From Cytophagales bacterium (GTDB taxonomy: Bacteria; Bacteroidota; Bacteroidia; Cytophagales; VRUD01): a stretch of DNA of 64,000 nt. The notes under the pieces were generated by a model. The model saw nothing but the letters and a program-made list of their open reading frames with translations. It was not told the origin of the DNA and searched no databases. The stretch lies in the NCBI GenBank assembly GCA_019456305.1, contig VRUD01000012.1:3531-67530 (forward strand), written 5' to 3'. This document shows positions 23,648 to 32,541 of the stretch, in pieces. Position 1 is the first letter of the stretch. Every line of letters begins with the position of its first letter. Both the position numbers and the translations under genes were made by a program.

Positions 23648-26600
23648 CTAATGTTTTATCAATTTAACATACCCGGAACTCACGCCATTACTCAATTTTA
23701 AAACGTACACCCCTTTCATCATTTTTACTACGTTATCATCAAGTTCAATCATATGATCCCCTGCAAATTGATACTGATCAACCAAAATAGCTATTTTCTT
23801 ACCCGGCAAATCAAAAATATTCAGCACAATATGTCCCGGCTCGTTCAACCGGTATGAAATAGTAATGCTTTCATCAAAAGGATTCGGATAAACCCGTAAC
23901 CCGAAACCCGAAACCCGAAACTCATTTATAGCAGTGGGGTTTTGAAATACCTGCCCGTCAGAGGAAGTAATATTTGACAACAGGCCTGCACCGTTTTCGG
24001 CCTTCACAGAAAAATAATAGGACTGCCCAACGATCAGGGTTAAGCCGGTATCTGTCAAAGTAACTATACCATTATCTGTCCAGCCAACGATGTCGCTGTC
24101 TCCGGGCATAGTACCTATGGCATACCGGTATTTTGCTATACCTGAATTGGTGTCGGTTGAAGGGGCCCAGTTAGCGGTAAGCTCCCCGGCAATGTAGGTG
24201 GTATCAATATCGGCAGCAGCGCCATCGTTAATAGCAGCAATGTCAGCAGGTGTAGTCCAGTCTATGTTTACACTTAATCCGGCAGGGGCAGACCAATTTT
24301 CTGCCGAATCTTTCACAATAGAGACTATTTTACAGGATGGTGTGGCCGGGCCTGCATTTTGAAACCTGATGTCATTGGCAGCTGCAGAGCCAAGGGTGAT
24401 CAATTCGGAATTGGCCCTAACTTTATATACTTTCAGGTCATCATACATCACGTTGGCATTGCCTGTTCTCAATGATATATAACTTCCGGTAGAATATGGT
24501 GAAGGATCAATCCACGAAGATACGAGTTGATCATCACGATACCCCTTTATTTCCCCTGTGGCAGGATTAAAGATCACCTTAAAGTCATACCACACACCGG
24601 GGTCTAAAATACAGGGGTCATTGGTTTGAATGGCCCAGGTATCATTTGTTACTTTATAGATCTGGCATTTATCCTGGTCAACGCGGTAGTACACGAAATA
24701 TGAATTTCCCCTGTTGGGCAGCGAGCCGTCATCAGAGAAGAAATGAATGCCGCTTCTCCGGTTAACACCTGAGCCGTTCATGTTTGCCTGCCAGTGGTAC
24801 AAATATATTTGTGTAGAACCCTGAGCTAATGAAGCATAAATATTGGTATTTCCCTGGCTTTCATCCGTTTGATGAATGGCGCCTGAATTGATCACCCAGA
24901 TACCGGCAGTATCCGTCCAATCCGGGTGAATGGCAATGTCAAAATGGTCATTAAAGAAACCATTATTGTCATTGGCTCTCCATTCAACGCCATTGAGATC
25001 AAGCGCCTGGTAAAATTGCAGATCAAGGCCGCTGCCTCCGGGATTATCTGCATCCGTAAACGTTGCCATGAAATCGGTTGTTTCAAAAAAACCCGGATTA
25101 CTGATTGATGTGGCGGGAGGCAAAAAGTCAACAGAGTCTAAATTGCAGCTCCAAATGGCATCCCAACCCGGGTTTACTGCTGAACCATCTGATGTAAACC
25201 TGAAGGTAATATCACCGCCCGAAGAAACGATGGTACCGGGCGAATTGGTACCGGTGAAAGGACTTCCGGGAATTTGTGGCGAGGCTGTACCTGGGCCGTC
25301 ATGTATATATAAATAATCCCAATTCAATTCAATATCAAAAAAAGTAAAGGACACAGTGATTGAAGCAGCGCCAGCAGGAGAAATGGTAAATAGATGGTCT
25401 TCATTATTGAAATAGGTTCCCAATTCACCGCCTGAATCTCTGAATAAACCCGAGCATAATGTTGTTGTTTGTGATTGGGCAGCAGGCGTGTTAAAGGAGG
25501 AACCACCAAAGCCGGAAGAATCAGCTACACACAATGTAGAAACCTGCCAGTAATAAATGGCATTGGAGGCAAGGCCTGTCAGGGTATAATTATTGGATGA
25601 AACATTTACGTAAGTCCAGGAGGCATCAAGATTTCGTTTGTATTTTAAAAGATACCCCAATGCACCTGCCACAGTGTCCCAGGTCAGGTCTGTGGTAAAA
25701 GCAGCCATATTACTTTCAGTGAGGTTGGTCGGTAGAGGACATGCCAGGGGAATCGTGTCTGATGTCCAGGCAGCTTCCCAGCCGGGATTGTTGGTGTTGC
25801 AGTCCGAACGAAATTCGATCAAAAAAGAGCCGCTTTGTGCAGTGATCGTCCCGGGTGAATTGGTGCCGGTATAAACGCCTGTCAGCGGATCATCTACCGT
25901 GGTTCCGTCATAAATATACAAGTAATCCCAGTCTGTTTCCAGGTCAAAAGAAAGGTAGGTTAGAGTCACCGAAGCAGCTCCGGCCGGGCTGATCAGCCAG
26001 AAGGATCGTTCATCATCAGCATAATTGGAAGCCGGCCCTCCGCTGTCATAAAATGTGTCGGATGAGGCCGTGTAGGTAGTAACAACCATACTATCATTGA
26101 TCAACTGGTAAAAATATTTCCAGTCCCAGTAAATACCCGGGTCGGTGTGCGTTTGATTTGGATAATGCTGGTGTCCCTTGATTTTAATACATCCCCCAAG
26201 CAGGCAGCTTGAGCTGCTGCCGGAACAGGCAGGCCCGGAATACGTTCTTAAAGGATTAATCCCGTAGTCATTGCAGATATCTTTTACAAGGTCTGCCGAA
26301 GCCTGGTACATTACCTGTGTGTACCAACCGGGCTGGCCGGCATATCCTTCATGCTCCAACCCAATGGTATATGGATTTTCTGAACCAACGTGCCAGCCTT
26401 TATCAACTTCGCAAACCATTTGCGTGATCTGTCCGTCTAAAGAACGTAATACGTAGTGAGCAGATACATTAGCAGCCGGATTCTGAAACCAGGAAATGGC
26501 TCCCGCATAAGATCCTTCAATATCGTGAATAACAACAGCAGAAATTAGTGTACCAGCCCTTGAAGAATAGTTGGAGGGGTCGGCCGGAACCCAAGTCACA

Positions 26601-27649
26601 CCTGGATAATCTATGCACGGTTGATTTGGTGATTTGATCTTATATTGAATATTATCATCACCGGTAACCGTATTATTGTTGATCATTACTTCTTTGGAAG
26701 ATAAGACACGGTAATTGTTCTTTCCAAAAACTTTTTGCAGGTTAATGTTATGATCCGGAATATTAAATGCTGAACAAAACTCACTATCATTCAATAAAGT
26801 CAATACTGAATAAATATGCGAATTAATTGCAAAATCATTAACCGTATTGTCATTCCGGGCAGGGCGAAAGCCAGTGGCTTTCGAGCCAGCCTGAGGGATG
26901 GAGCCAATGGGAATGGCTGAGCGAGGAATCTCCTTTGGATTTACCACCGAGTTCTCGGGGCGCGCGATTTTTGAATCCACGTGTAATTCACTCAACTCAA
27001 CAATAATTGTGATATAATCCACTGGATTTGCAGTGTGAATATTTTTGGAGTTTATTAGTGACGAAAATGCCGCTGCATAAGCCAAAATATTCTGACGAGG
27101 GTCGTTGATAATATCCTCTACAGCTATTCCTGAAAGGTTTGAAACAAGCTCCAGGTTATTTCTAAAATATCCTTTACCATCCAGCACAAGCCCCATTACA
27201 CCGTAGTAAGCAGGCAGACCTGTGCAGCTTAGAGCAGTCCCCCCTAAATCCCTCCTGCCACTATTCCTTACCGAATCGGTGAATGGGTGAATCGGTGAAT
27301 CGGTGAATCGCTTCGTTTTCCTGTTCTCCGTTTCTCCGATTCTCCGGTTCTCCGATTCAGGGGGGCTTGGAGTTAGAGGGGGGAGGGAGGGGCTGGCAGG
27401 GATAATATGCCTGATTCGGGTATTGGTATAGGCAATGGCTTCTAATAATCCCCCGGGTATGTCGGGATAATTAAGATATGCTTCCTGAAAATAATTTTTG
27501 TATTGTGTATCGGGTGCAACTGAAGGAGCAGCCCCCATTGAGCGGATTGCTTGTGCAAAACACTCTCCGCTCCAACCAAAGCCATGTGTGTAGCAGGCAA
27601 ACAACTGGTTTATGAACAATAATAAAAGTAGTAAGATTTTTTGTACCAT
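23648..27649 (-). CDS. large secreted multidomain protein: unknown N-terminal domain, PGRP/Amidase_2 N-acetylmuramoyl-L-alanine amidase, 2 CUB-like, FN3, LamG-like, FN3, T9SS CTD
   Basis: Amidase_2: VVIHDIEGSY..AISWFQNP.ANVSAHYV......Q.V....KGWHVG..N.YTIGLEHEG. CUB-like: DSGGP.SNY.....FWLISPAGAASVTLTY.SFDLE..WDYLYIYDG (twice). CTD: VYPNPFDESITISYRL...GVYVLKL. ATG at 27649. Confidence 0.85.
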   Translation of the reverse strand: MVQKILLLLLLFINQLFACYTHGFGWSGECFAQAIRSMGAAPSVAPDTQYKNYFQEAYLNYPDIPGGLLEAIAYTNTRIRHIIPASPSLPPLTPSPPESENRRIGETENRKTKRFTDSPIHPFTDSVRNSGRRDLGGTALSCTGLPAYYGVMGLVLDGKGYFRNNLELVSNLSGIAVEDIINDPRQNILAYAAAFSSLINSKNIHTANPVDYITIIVELSELHVDSKIARPENSVVNPKEIPRSAIPIGSIPQAGSKATGFRPARNDNTVNDFAINSHIYSVLTLLNDSEFCSAFNIPDHNINLQKVFGKNNYRVLSSKEVMINNNTVTGDDNIQYKIKSPNQPCIDYPGVTWVPADPSNYSSRAGTLISAVVIHDIEGSYAGAISWFQNPAANVSAHYVLRSLDGQITQMVCEVDKGWHVGSENPYTIGLEHEGYAGQPGWYTQVMYQASADLVKDICNDYGINPLRTYSGPACSGSSSSCLLGGCIKIKGHQHYPNQTHTDPGIYWDWKYFYQLINDSMVVTTYTASSDTFYDSGGPASNYADDERSFWLISPAGAASVTLTYLSFDLETDWDYLYIYDGTTVDDPLTGVYTGTNSPGTITAQSGSFLIEFRSDCNTNNPGWEAAWTSDTIPLACPLPTNLTESNMAAFTTDLTWDTVAGALGYLLKYKRNLDASWTYVNVSSNNYTLTGLASNAIYYWQVSTLCVADSSGFGGSSFNTPAAQSQTTTLCSGLFRDSGGELGTYFNNEDHLFTISPAGAASITVSFTFFDIELNWDYLYIHDGPGTASPQIPGSPFTGTNSPGTIVSSGGDITFRFTSDGSAVNPGWDAIWSCNLDSVDFLPPATSISNPGFFETTDFMATFTDADNPGGSGLDLQFYQALDLNGVEWRANDNNGFFNDHFDIAIHPDWTDTAGIWVINSGAIHQTDESQGNTNIYASLAQGSTQIYLYHWQANMNGSGVNRRSGIHFFSDDGSLPNRGNSYFVYYRVDQDKCQIYKVTNDTWAIQTNDPCILDPGVWYDFKVIFNPATGEIKGYRDDQLVSSWIDPSPYSTGSYISLRTGNANVMYDDLKVYKVRANSELITLGSAAANDIRFQNAGPATPSCKIVSIVKDSAENWSAPAGLSVNIDWTTPADIAAINDGAAADIDTTYIAGELTANWAPSTDTNSGIAKYRYAIGTMPGDSDIVGWTDNGIVTLTDTGLTLIVGQSYYFSVKAENGAGLLSNITSSDGQVFQNPTAINEFRVSGFGLRVYPNPFDESITISYRLNEPGHIVLNIFDLPGKKIAILVDQYQFAGDHMIELDDNVVKMMKGVYVLKLSNGVSSGYVKLIKH
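27238..27399. repeat. 162-bp GC-rich palindromic element, intragenic copy B
   Basis: See 8583..8744. Same orientation and same reading frame within a different gene. Confidence 0.95.
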
Positions 27650-27665
27650 AGGATAATTTTTGTTT

Positions 27666-27799
27666 AAATGACTATCCGCCTTTATAAACAATATTAGTCC
27701 CGTAGGGACGACCTGTTTGTAGAAAAAATGTCAATACAGCAATAAGCTCCGTAGGAGCGACCTGTTAAAACTTTTGTTTATCTTTGCGGATAGTCATTT
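27666..27799. repeat. 25-bp imperfect inverted repeats enclosing two 21-bp direct repeats
   Basis: aaatgactatccgcctttataaaca ... tgtttatctttgcggatagtcattt. Inside are gtcccgtagggacgacctgtt (27707) and gctccgtaggagcgacctgtt (27746). Confidence 0.85.
27779..27786 (+). promoter_or_regulatory. candidate -7 promoter box for gldH
   Basis: TATCTTTG, 70 nt upstream of ATG 27856, embedded in the right inverted-repeat arm. Confidence 0.4.
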
Positions 27800-27855
27800 T
27801 TGTTTATTTTACAAAAATATAAAAAATCAGGCTTATATACAAAATTTTTATTGAA

Positions 27856-28326
27856 ATGAAAAAGATCACCTGTCTTTTACTATTAGTAAGTTTCTTTGCC
27901 TGCAACCCAAACCGTATTTACAATGAATACGAAGGAATCCCTGGTATGGTCTGGGAAAGCAGTAATAAACTTAACTTTGAAGTGGAGATTGAAGATACAA
28001 TTTCTACCCATAAATTAATTATTGCCATAAGCCATGGAACCTATTATATTTTCAACAATCTGATCATTAACGTGACGACCACTACCCCCTCCGGCCGGCA
28101 AAATGAAAAAAGATATGAGTTGCAATTAAAAGATGAAAATGGTGACTGGAAAGCCTTAGGCGCTGGCGATTATTGGGATATTGAGATACAGGTTGAGGAA
28201 GGTATCAGGTTTTATGAAACAGGAACCTACAAATTTGAAATAGAACAGCTTGTAGCTGACCAATTACCGATGGTGATGGAGGTGGGGTTGATCATAGAAA
28301 AGGAAGATTGTAGCCCGGATTGTTGA
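27856..28326 (+). CDS. gldH: gliding motility lipoprotein GldH
   Basis: 156-aa lipoprotein (LLLVSFFAC). The ..W....L.F.V.I.DT......I.I.H...Y.F.NL....T..PSG...Y.L.L.D..G.W.G.G pattern matches my memory of GldH. Confidence 0.7.
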   Translation: MKKITCLLLLVSFFACNPNRIYNEYEGIPGMVWESSNKLNFEVEIEDTISTHKLIIAISHGTYYIFNNLIINVTTTTPSGRQNEKRYELQLKDENGDWKALGAGDYWDIEIQVEEGIRFYETGTYKFEIEQLVADQLPMVMEVGLIIEKEDCSPDC

Positions 28327-28341
28327 GCTTCAGCGAAATCA

Positions 28342-28400
28342 CCCCGCCTATCCCGATCCTATCGGGGAGTACTCGGGGGGGGGGATCCCGGGTACTCGGA
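28342..28400. repeat. cluster of short GC-rich palindromes (cccgatcctatcggg; gagtactcgg; cccgggtactcgg)
   Basis: 28342-28367 is 23/26 identical to 9543-9567, which lies inside the aminotransferase CDS. Confidence 0.9.
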
Positions 28401-28452
28401 TGAAACGATTAGGCAATTTATATTTTAAAGACCCTGTTTAAATTAACGACTT

Positions 28453-28616
28453 CACCTAACCCCCTCTCCACTAACGTGGAGAGGGGGAACTTTGAAGGGT
28501 AGAACATAAAATATTGAATACATCTATTATAATCAAGACTGCAGAGGAACAAAAAAAGAAATTAGAAAAAACTCCCCCTCTCCACGTTAGTGGAGAGGGG
28601 GCCGGGGGGTGAGGTG
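28453..28616. repeat. 164-bp element whose two arms are themselves hairpins (ccctctccac-NNNN-gtggagaggg)
   Basis: Left 28453-28487, right 28574-28616. The same ~41-bp unit lies in the TPR CDS (10256-10296); a variant is at 34211-34243. Confidence 0.9.
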
Positions 28617-28912
28617 AACGGTATAACAAACTGGTGCTCCCGCTTTTGTTCAGTTTTTTGCGTACAATATGCCCCAAATATAAGCCGAAACACCCAAGAA
28701 TATATCTTTGATAGCAACTAACTTACTGATATTCAATAACTTACAATTTAAAGTAAAGAGGGGTGACGAAAACAGGAATAGAATAACATTTTAAATTGAC
28801 TTCAAAAAAATATCGAATATCAAACACCGAATAATGAATGTAAAATTTGACATTGGTTATTCAATGGTCATTGGTATAGCGCCATCCACTGGATGACGGA
28901 AAGTTGGTTAAC

Positions 28913-29797
28913 TTAATCACCTATCCTAACACATCTCATTGAGGCGGAAGCGTGGTGAAAACCTTCATAGGGAAAAGTAATTGTTTCATTTTTTTCCCGT
29001 AATGCAATACTGTAAATTAAAGGGTAGTAATGATCTGGTGTAGGATGCGCTAATTTTGAAATTTTGCCCCAATCGCGATAATCAATCAGGGCCTGGTAGT
29101 TGCCATCAAGCAAAGCATCTTTTATTTTTTCATCAAACTCTACTGCCCAATCAAAGGGCTTGGCATTTATATCTGAAAAATCAAATATGCTTAAATTATG
29201 AGTAATGTTACCGCTTCCTATAATTAATACTCCTTTTTTCCGGAGGGACGCTAATTCCCTTGCGAGGTCATAATGATATTGAGCAGGTTTGTAATAATCA
29301 ATGCTCATTTGAAAAAGAGGTATATCCGCTTTAGGATATAATCGCCTCAAAATCGCCCAGGTACCATGGTCGTAGCCCCAATCGGTATCCCATTTTACCT
29401 CCGTCTTTTTCACAAGGGATTGTACTTCCTTTGCCAATGCCGGTGAGCCGTGAGAAGAATATTTCACTTTATAGAGTTCCTGCGGAAAACCGGAGAAATC
29501 ATAGATCATTTTTGGGTTGACAGAACCATTCACATAAGTGCCTCTTGTCAGCCAATGTGCTGAGATACAGAGTATCGCTTTGGGAGTCGGTATCCGGGCT
29601 GCTAACTTTCCAAGACTTTTTGTAAAATCATTGTCCTCAATGGCATTCATAGGCGACCCGTGCCCACAAAACAAAACAGGCATTTTTTCATCTGATTCGG
29701 GTAATTCCTTTAAAGATTTAGCGAAAGATGACAATTTTATTGTTCCCATTGCTAAGGTTCCTAACCCAATTGCTTTTAAAAATTCTATGCGATTCAT
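28913..29797 (-). CDS. 4,5-DOPA dioxygenase extradiol (LigB/YgiD class III extradiol dioxygenase), exported
   Basis: PVLFCGHGSPMNAIEDNDFTKSL...AILCISAHW...IYDFSGFP. N-terminal signal/TAT-like segment. ATGA overlap with bcp. Confidence 0.85.
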   Translation of the reverse strand: MNRIEFLKAIGLGTLAMGTIKLSSFAKSLKELPESDEKMPVLFCGHGSPMNAIEDNDFTKSLGKLAARIPTPKAILCISAHWLTRGTYVNGSVNPKMIYDFSGFPQELYKVKYSSHGSPALAKEVQSLVKKTEVKWDTDWGYDHGTWAILRRLYPKADIPLFQMSIDYYKPAQYHYDLARELASLRKKGVLIIGSGNITHNLSIFDFSDINAKPFDWAVEFDEKIKDALLDGNYQALIDYRDWGKISKLAHPTPDHYYPLIYSIALREKNETITFPYEGFHHASASMRCVRIGD

Positions 29798-30261
29798 AAT
29801 TGATCTTTATTCATAGTTTTAAGAATTTTCAGTGCTTCATCAATATGTTGCTGGGGATTTAACTGAGAATCAAAAATGTGGCGGATAATTCCTTGCTTAT
29901 CAATTATATAAGTCACCCTCCCTGGAAAAAACCCTAATGTTTTAGTCACTCCATATCGTTTTCTAACTTTGCCTCCCTGATCACTCAGTAGAGTAAAAGG
30001 CAGGTCGTATTTTGCACAAAAATTTTTATGCGAATCTTCCGAATCTGAACTAATTCCAATTACCATTGCTCCTTGTTCGGTAAAGACTTCATAATTATCT
30101 CTGAAAGCTTTTGCCTCAATGGTGCACCCGGGGGTATCATCTTTGGGGTAAAAATAAAGTACTATATTTTTTGTGCCCGTTAAATCAGATAACCGTACGC
30201 TATTGCCATGTTGGTCAGGAAGTTCAAAATCCGGTGCTTTATCTTCTGTTTCCGTTTTCAT
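29794..30261 (-). CDS. bcp: thioredoxin-dependent peroxiredoxin Bcp
   Basis: APDFELPDQ.G..V.LSDL.G...VLYFYPKDDTPGCT.EA..FRD. Confidence 0.9.
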   Translation of the reverse strand: MKTETEDKAPDFELPDQHGNSVRLSDLTGTKNIVLYFYPKDDTPGCTIEAKAFRDNYEVFTEQGAMVIGISSDSEDSHKNFCAKYDLPFTLLSDQGGKVRKRYGVTKTLGFFPGRVTYIIDKQGIIRHIFDSQLNPQQHIDEALKILKTMNKDQL

Positions 30262-30263
30262 AT

Positions 30264-30917
30264 TTATAATTTCTTTGCTTCTATGGTGAAGCTTACAACG
30301 GCTTCATCATCCACCCCCATCCCGCCATAATCATCCAGGTGGAAATCTTTTCTGTCAATTGTAACTTTACCCGAAAACTTCGCTACCATGGTTCCGTTCT
30401 TTTCCTCCAAACCGTTGTAATTAAATGGAACTTCAACGGTTTTGGTAACATCTTTAATGGTCAGATCCCCTTTTGCGATATACCCTTTATCCACCTGGCT
30501 AATACGACTGCCTTTAAAAGTAATTGAAGAATATTTTTCAACATCAAAAAAATCATCGCTTTTCAGGTGATTATCCCGCTTTTTTATACCTGTATTTATC
30601 GTTCCGGGCTTTAAAAACAATTCAATAATTGACTCGCTGATATTTTTTGCAATAACAACTTGTCCCTTCAGCCCTCCCATTGTACCCTTGACATTCATTA
30701 CCCACATGTTTCCGATTTTAAAACCGATGGTTGAATTGCTGGCATCAATTCCCCATGTACCAACTGCCTCTGACAGATCAGGATTGTCCTGGTATGCGAT
30801 ACCGGAATTTATATCTTTACTCCAATTAAAAGTAAATGCAGCAAGGCACAGAATTACGAAACCTGCTAAGCAAAATATCAGGCTTGTGCGATTCCATTGT
30901 GTAAATGTTTTTTTCAT
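30264..30917 (-). CDS. YceI family periplasmic protein
   Basis: ..W.ID...S.IGFKI......VKG......G...; DLTIKDVTK.VE.PF; ATG at 30917. Confidence 0.75.
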   Translation of the reverse strand: MKKTFTQWNRTSLIFCLAGFVILCLAAFTFNWSKDINSGIAYQDNPDLSEAVGTWGIDASNSTIGFKIGNMWVMNVKGTMGGLKGQVVIAKNISESIIELFLKPGTINTGIKKRDNHLKSDDFFDVEKYSSITFKGSRISQVDKGYIAKGDLTIKDVTKTVEVPFNYNGLEEKNGTMVAKFSGKVTIDRKDFHLDDYGGMGVDDEAVVSFTIEAKKL

Positions 30918-30996
30918 CTTGCAAATAAACAAAATATTTGAAGAAGTATGATAAGGAAGTGTAAAATATTCTATATATGATTACTCATTTATTCTT

Positions 30997-32277
30997 TTAT
31001 TCCATTATTATTTTCCCGGTTTTAATAATTTGCCTTTCGTTTTGCAATTTGAAGAAATACATTCCAATGGCGAGGTTTTCTCTTGTAATTTTAAATTTAT
31101 TTGTCGTAATACCCTCTAATCGTTTTACTTCCCTGCCAAATAGATCGTAGAGAAAAAATGAAACCGGCCCGGTATTGTCCGGCACACCTGAAATGGCAAT
31201 AGTGGCTGAAGTGCTGATCGGATTTGGATACACTTCAATACTACCCTGAGTAATTGCAAAAGGGTCATCATTGATCCCAACGCTCTGGTCAAAAAACAGC
31301 GCACCCATATCCGCTCTTGAACCATCGGGGTCATTCGGGCTGTTAAGGTCACCAGCATCAATGCAGGGTGAGGCGGACTGCAAGTTATAATCAAAATTGT
31401 TGGTATCTGCAAAAACAGGATTTAGATCCATGTTGCCCGTTCCAGTCCATCCACCTTCTATATTGCTGTATGATATTATTACGGTATTATTTACAGTATC
31501 TATTATGAATATACTTTGGCTGTTATTCCCCCATATTATTGTATTGGTGATAGTTACTGACGAGGTATCCCGGATTAATATTCCATTTCCGTTATATACA
31601 ACTGTGTTGTTGACCACTTTGGCAGAGGTATTAACTAAATCAATACCGTGTGGTGAATCACCCCATGAACCTGTTATTAAGTTATACGCTATATAGGGTT
31701 CACCGCCTTTACAAGCGACACCGCCTCCAATAAAGTTGTAACCACCCCCATTATAGATAATATTATTCCTTGTGATGACAGCAGACGAATTTTCACAATA
31801 AATACCACCTCCGTATGCAAAAGATACAGTATTTGAATCAATTAAATTATGATTTATAGTTGGAGAGGAGTTAATACAGGATACGCCTCCACCTGAACCA
31901 TTCAGCCAACTTGCCCCCAATCCGTTTCTTATTGTAAATCCGGTTATCATTGCTGTTGTGTCTTCTCCATTTTTAAAGGTGACTACACTACTGCTATCCC
32001 TGCCATCAATTATAGTTTGACTTATGTAAGATTTATCACCTGTTGTTAGAAAAAGGGAGCCTACGATTATATTCTTGCCGGTAAAATCGATGTTTTCAAA
32101 GTAAGTACCGGGTGAAACAAGAACCGTGTCCCCGGCAGTTGCAGCGTCAATACCTTGCTGAATTGTCGGGTAATCATTTGGTATGGAAATGATATTTGCG
32201 TAGCCGTAACCTGATAGCAGAATAAGCGCTACCAATTTGGCCACAAAACTATTTTTAATACTTATTTTGGAGTTCAT
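30997..32277 (-). CDS. secreted right-handed parallel beta-helix repeat protein with T9SS CTD
   Basis: Repeated ..N.I..N....GGG... beta-helix turns; CTD EVYPNPISTSATIAISG...GMYFFKLQN. ATG at 32277; the longer ORF-track start runs into the tRNA. Confidence 0.75.
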   Translation of the reverse strand: MNSKISIKNSFVAKLVALILLSGYGYANIISIPNDYPTIQQGIDAATAGDTVLVSPGTYFENIDFTGKNIIVGSLFLTTGDKSYISQTIIDGRDSSSVVTFKNGEDTTAMITGFTIRNGLGASWLNGSGGGVSCINSSPTINHNLIDSNTVSFAYGGGIYCENSSAVITRNNIIYNGGGYNFIGGGVACKGGEPYIAYNLITGSWGDSPHGIDLVNTSAKVVNNTVVYNGNGILIRDTSSVTITNTIIWGNNSQSIFIIDTVNNTVIISYSNIEGGWTGTGNMDLNPVFADTNNFDYNLQSASPCIDAGDLNSPNDPDGSRADMGALFFDQSVGINDDPFAITQGSIEVYPNPISTSATIAISGVPDNTGPVSFFLYDLFGREVKRLEGITTNKFKITRENLAIGMYFFKLQNERQIIKTGKIIME

Positions 32278-32312
32278 GGCTTTAGGTTTTAGTTTTTTTA
32301 AAGAAAGACGTT

Positions 32313-32389
32313 TGGCGAACCTGGAGGGATTCGAACCCCCAACCTGCACATCCGTAGTGTGCTGCTCTATCCAGTTAAGCTACAGGTCC
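32313..32389 (-). tRNA. tRNA-Arg (anticodon ACG), CCA encoded
   Basis: Minus strand GGACCTGTAGCTTAACTGGATAGAGCAGCACACTACGGATGTGCAGGTTGGGGGTTCGAATCCCTCCAGGTTCGCCA. 7-bp acceptor stem, 5-bp anticodon stem, loop CUACGGA, GTTCGAATC T-loop. Confidence 0.9.
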
Positions 32390-32499
32390 GATTCATTTGT
32401 TGATTTGTTGATTTTGAGATTTAGTAATCTTGTAAAAAACAAAGTTAGATAATTATATGCTAAAAAAACAAAATCAGTCATAAACCGGTAAATTATTAT

Positions 32500-32507
32500 T
32501 ATATTTG
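32500..32507 (+). promoter_or_regulatory. candidate -7 promoter box
   Basis: TATATTTG, 35 nt upstream of ATG 32542. Confidence 0.35.
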
Positions 32508-32541
32508 CCCGCAAATACAAGAGAAACTAAAATCTAATAAA

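Noticed and set aside
32278-32460. tRNA-Arg as an integration site for a genomic island
   Set aside because: No integrase, no direct repeat of the tRNA 3' end, and no compositional break were noticed on either side.
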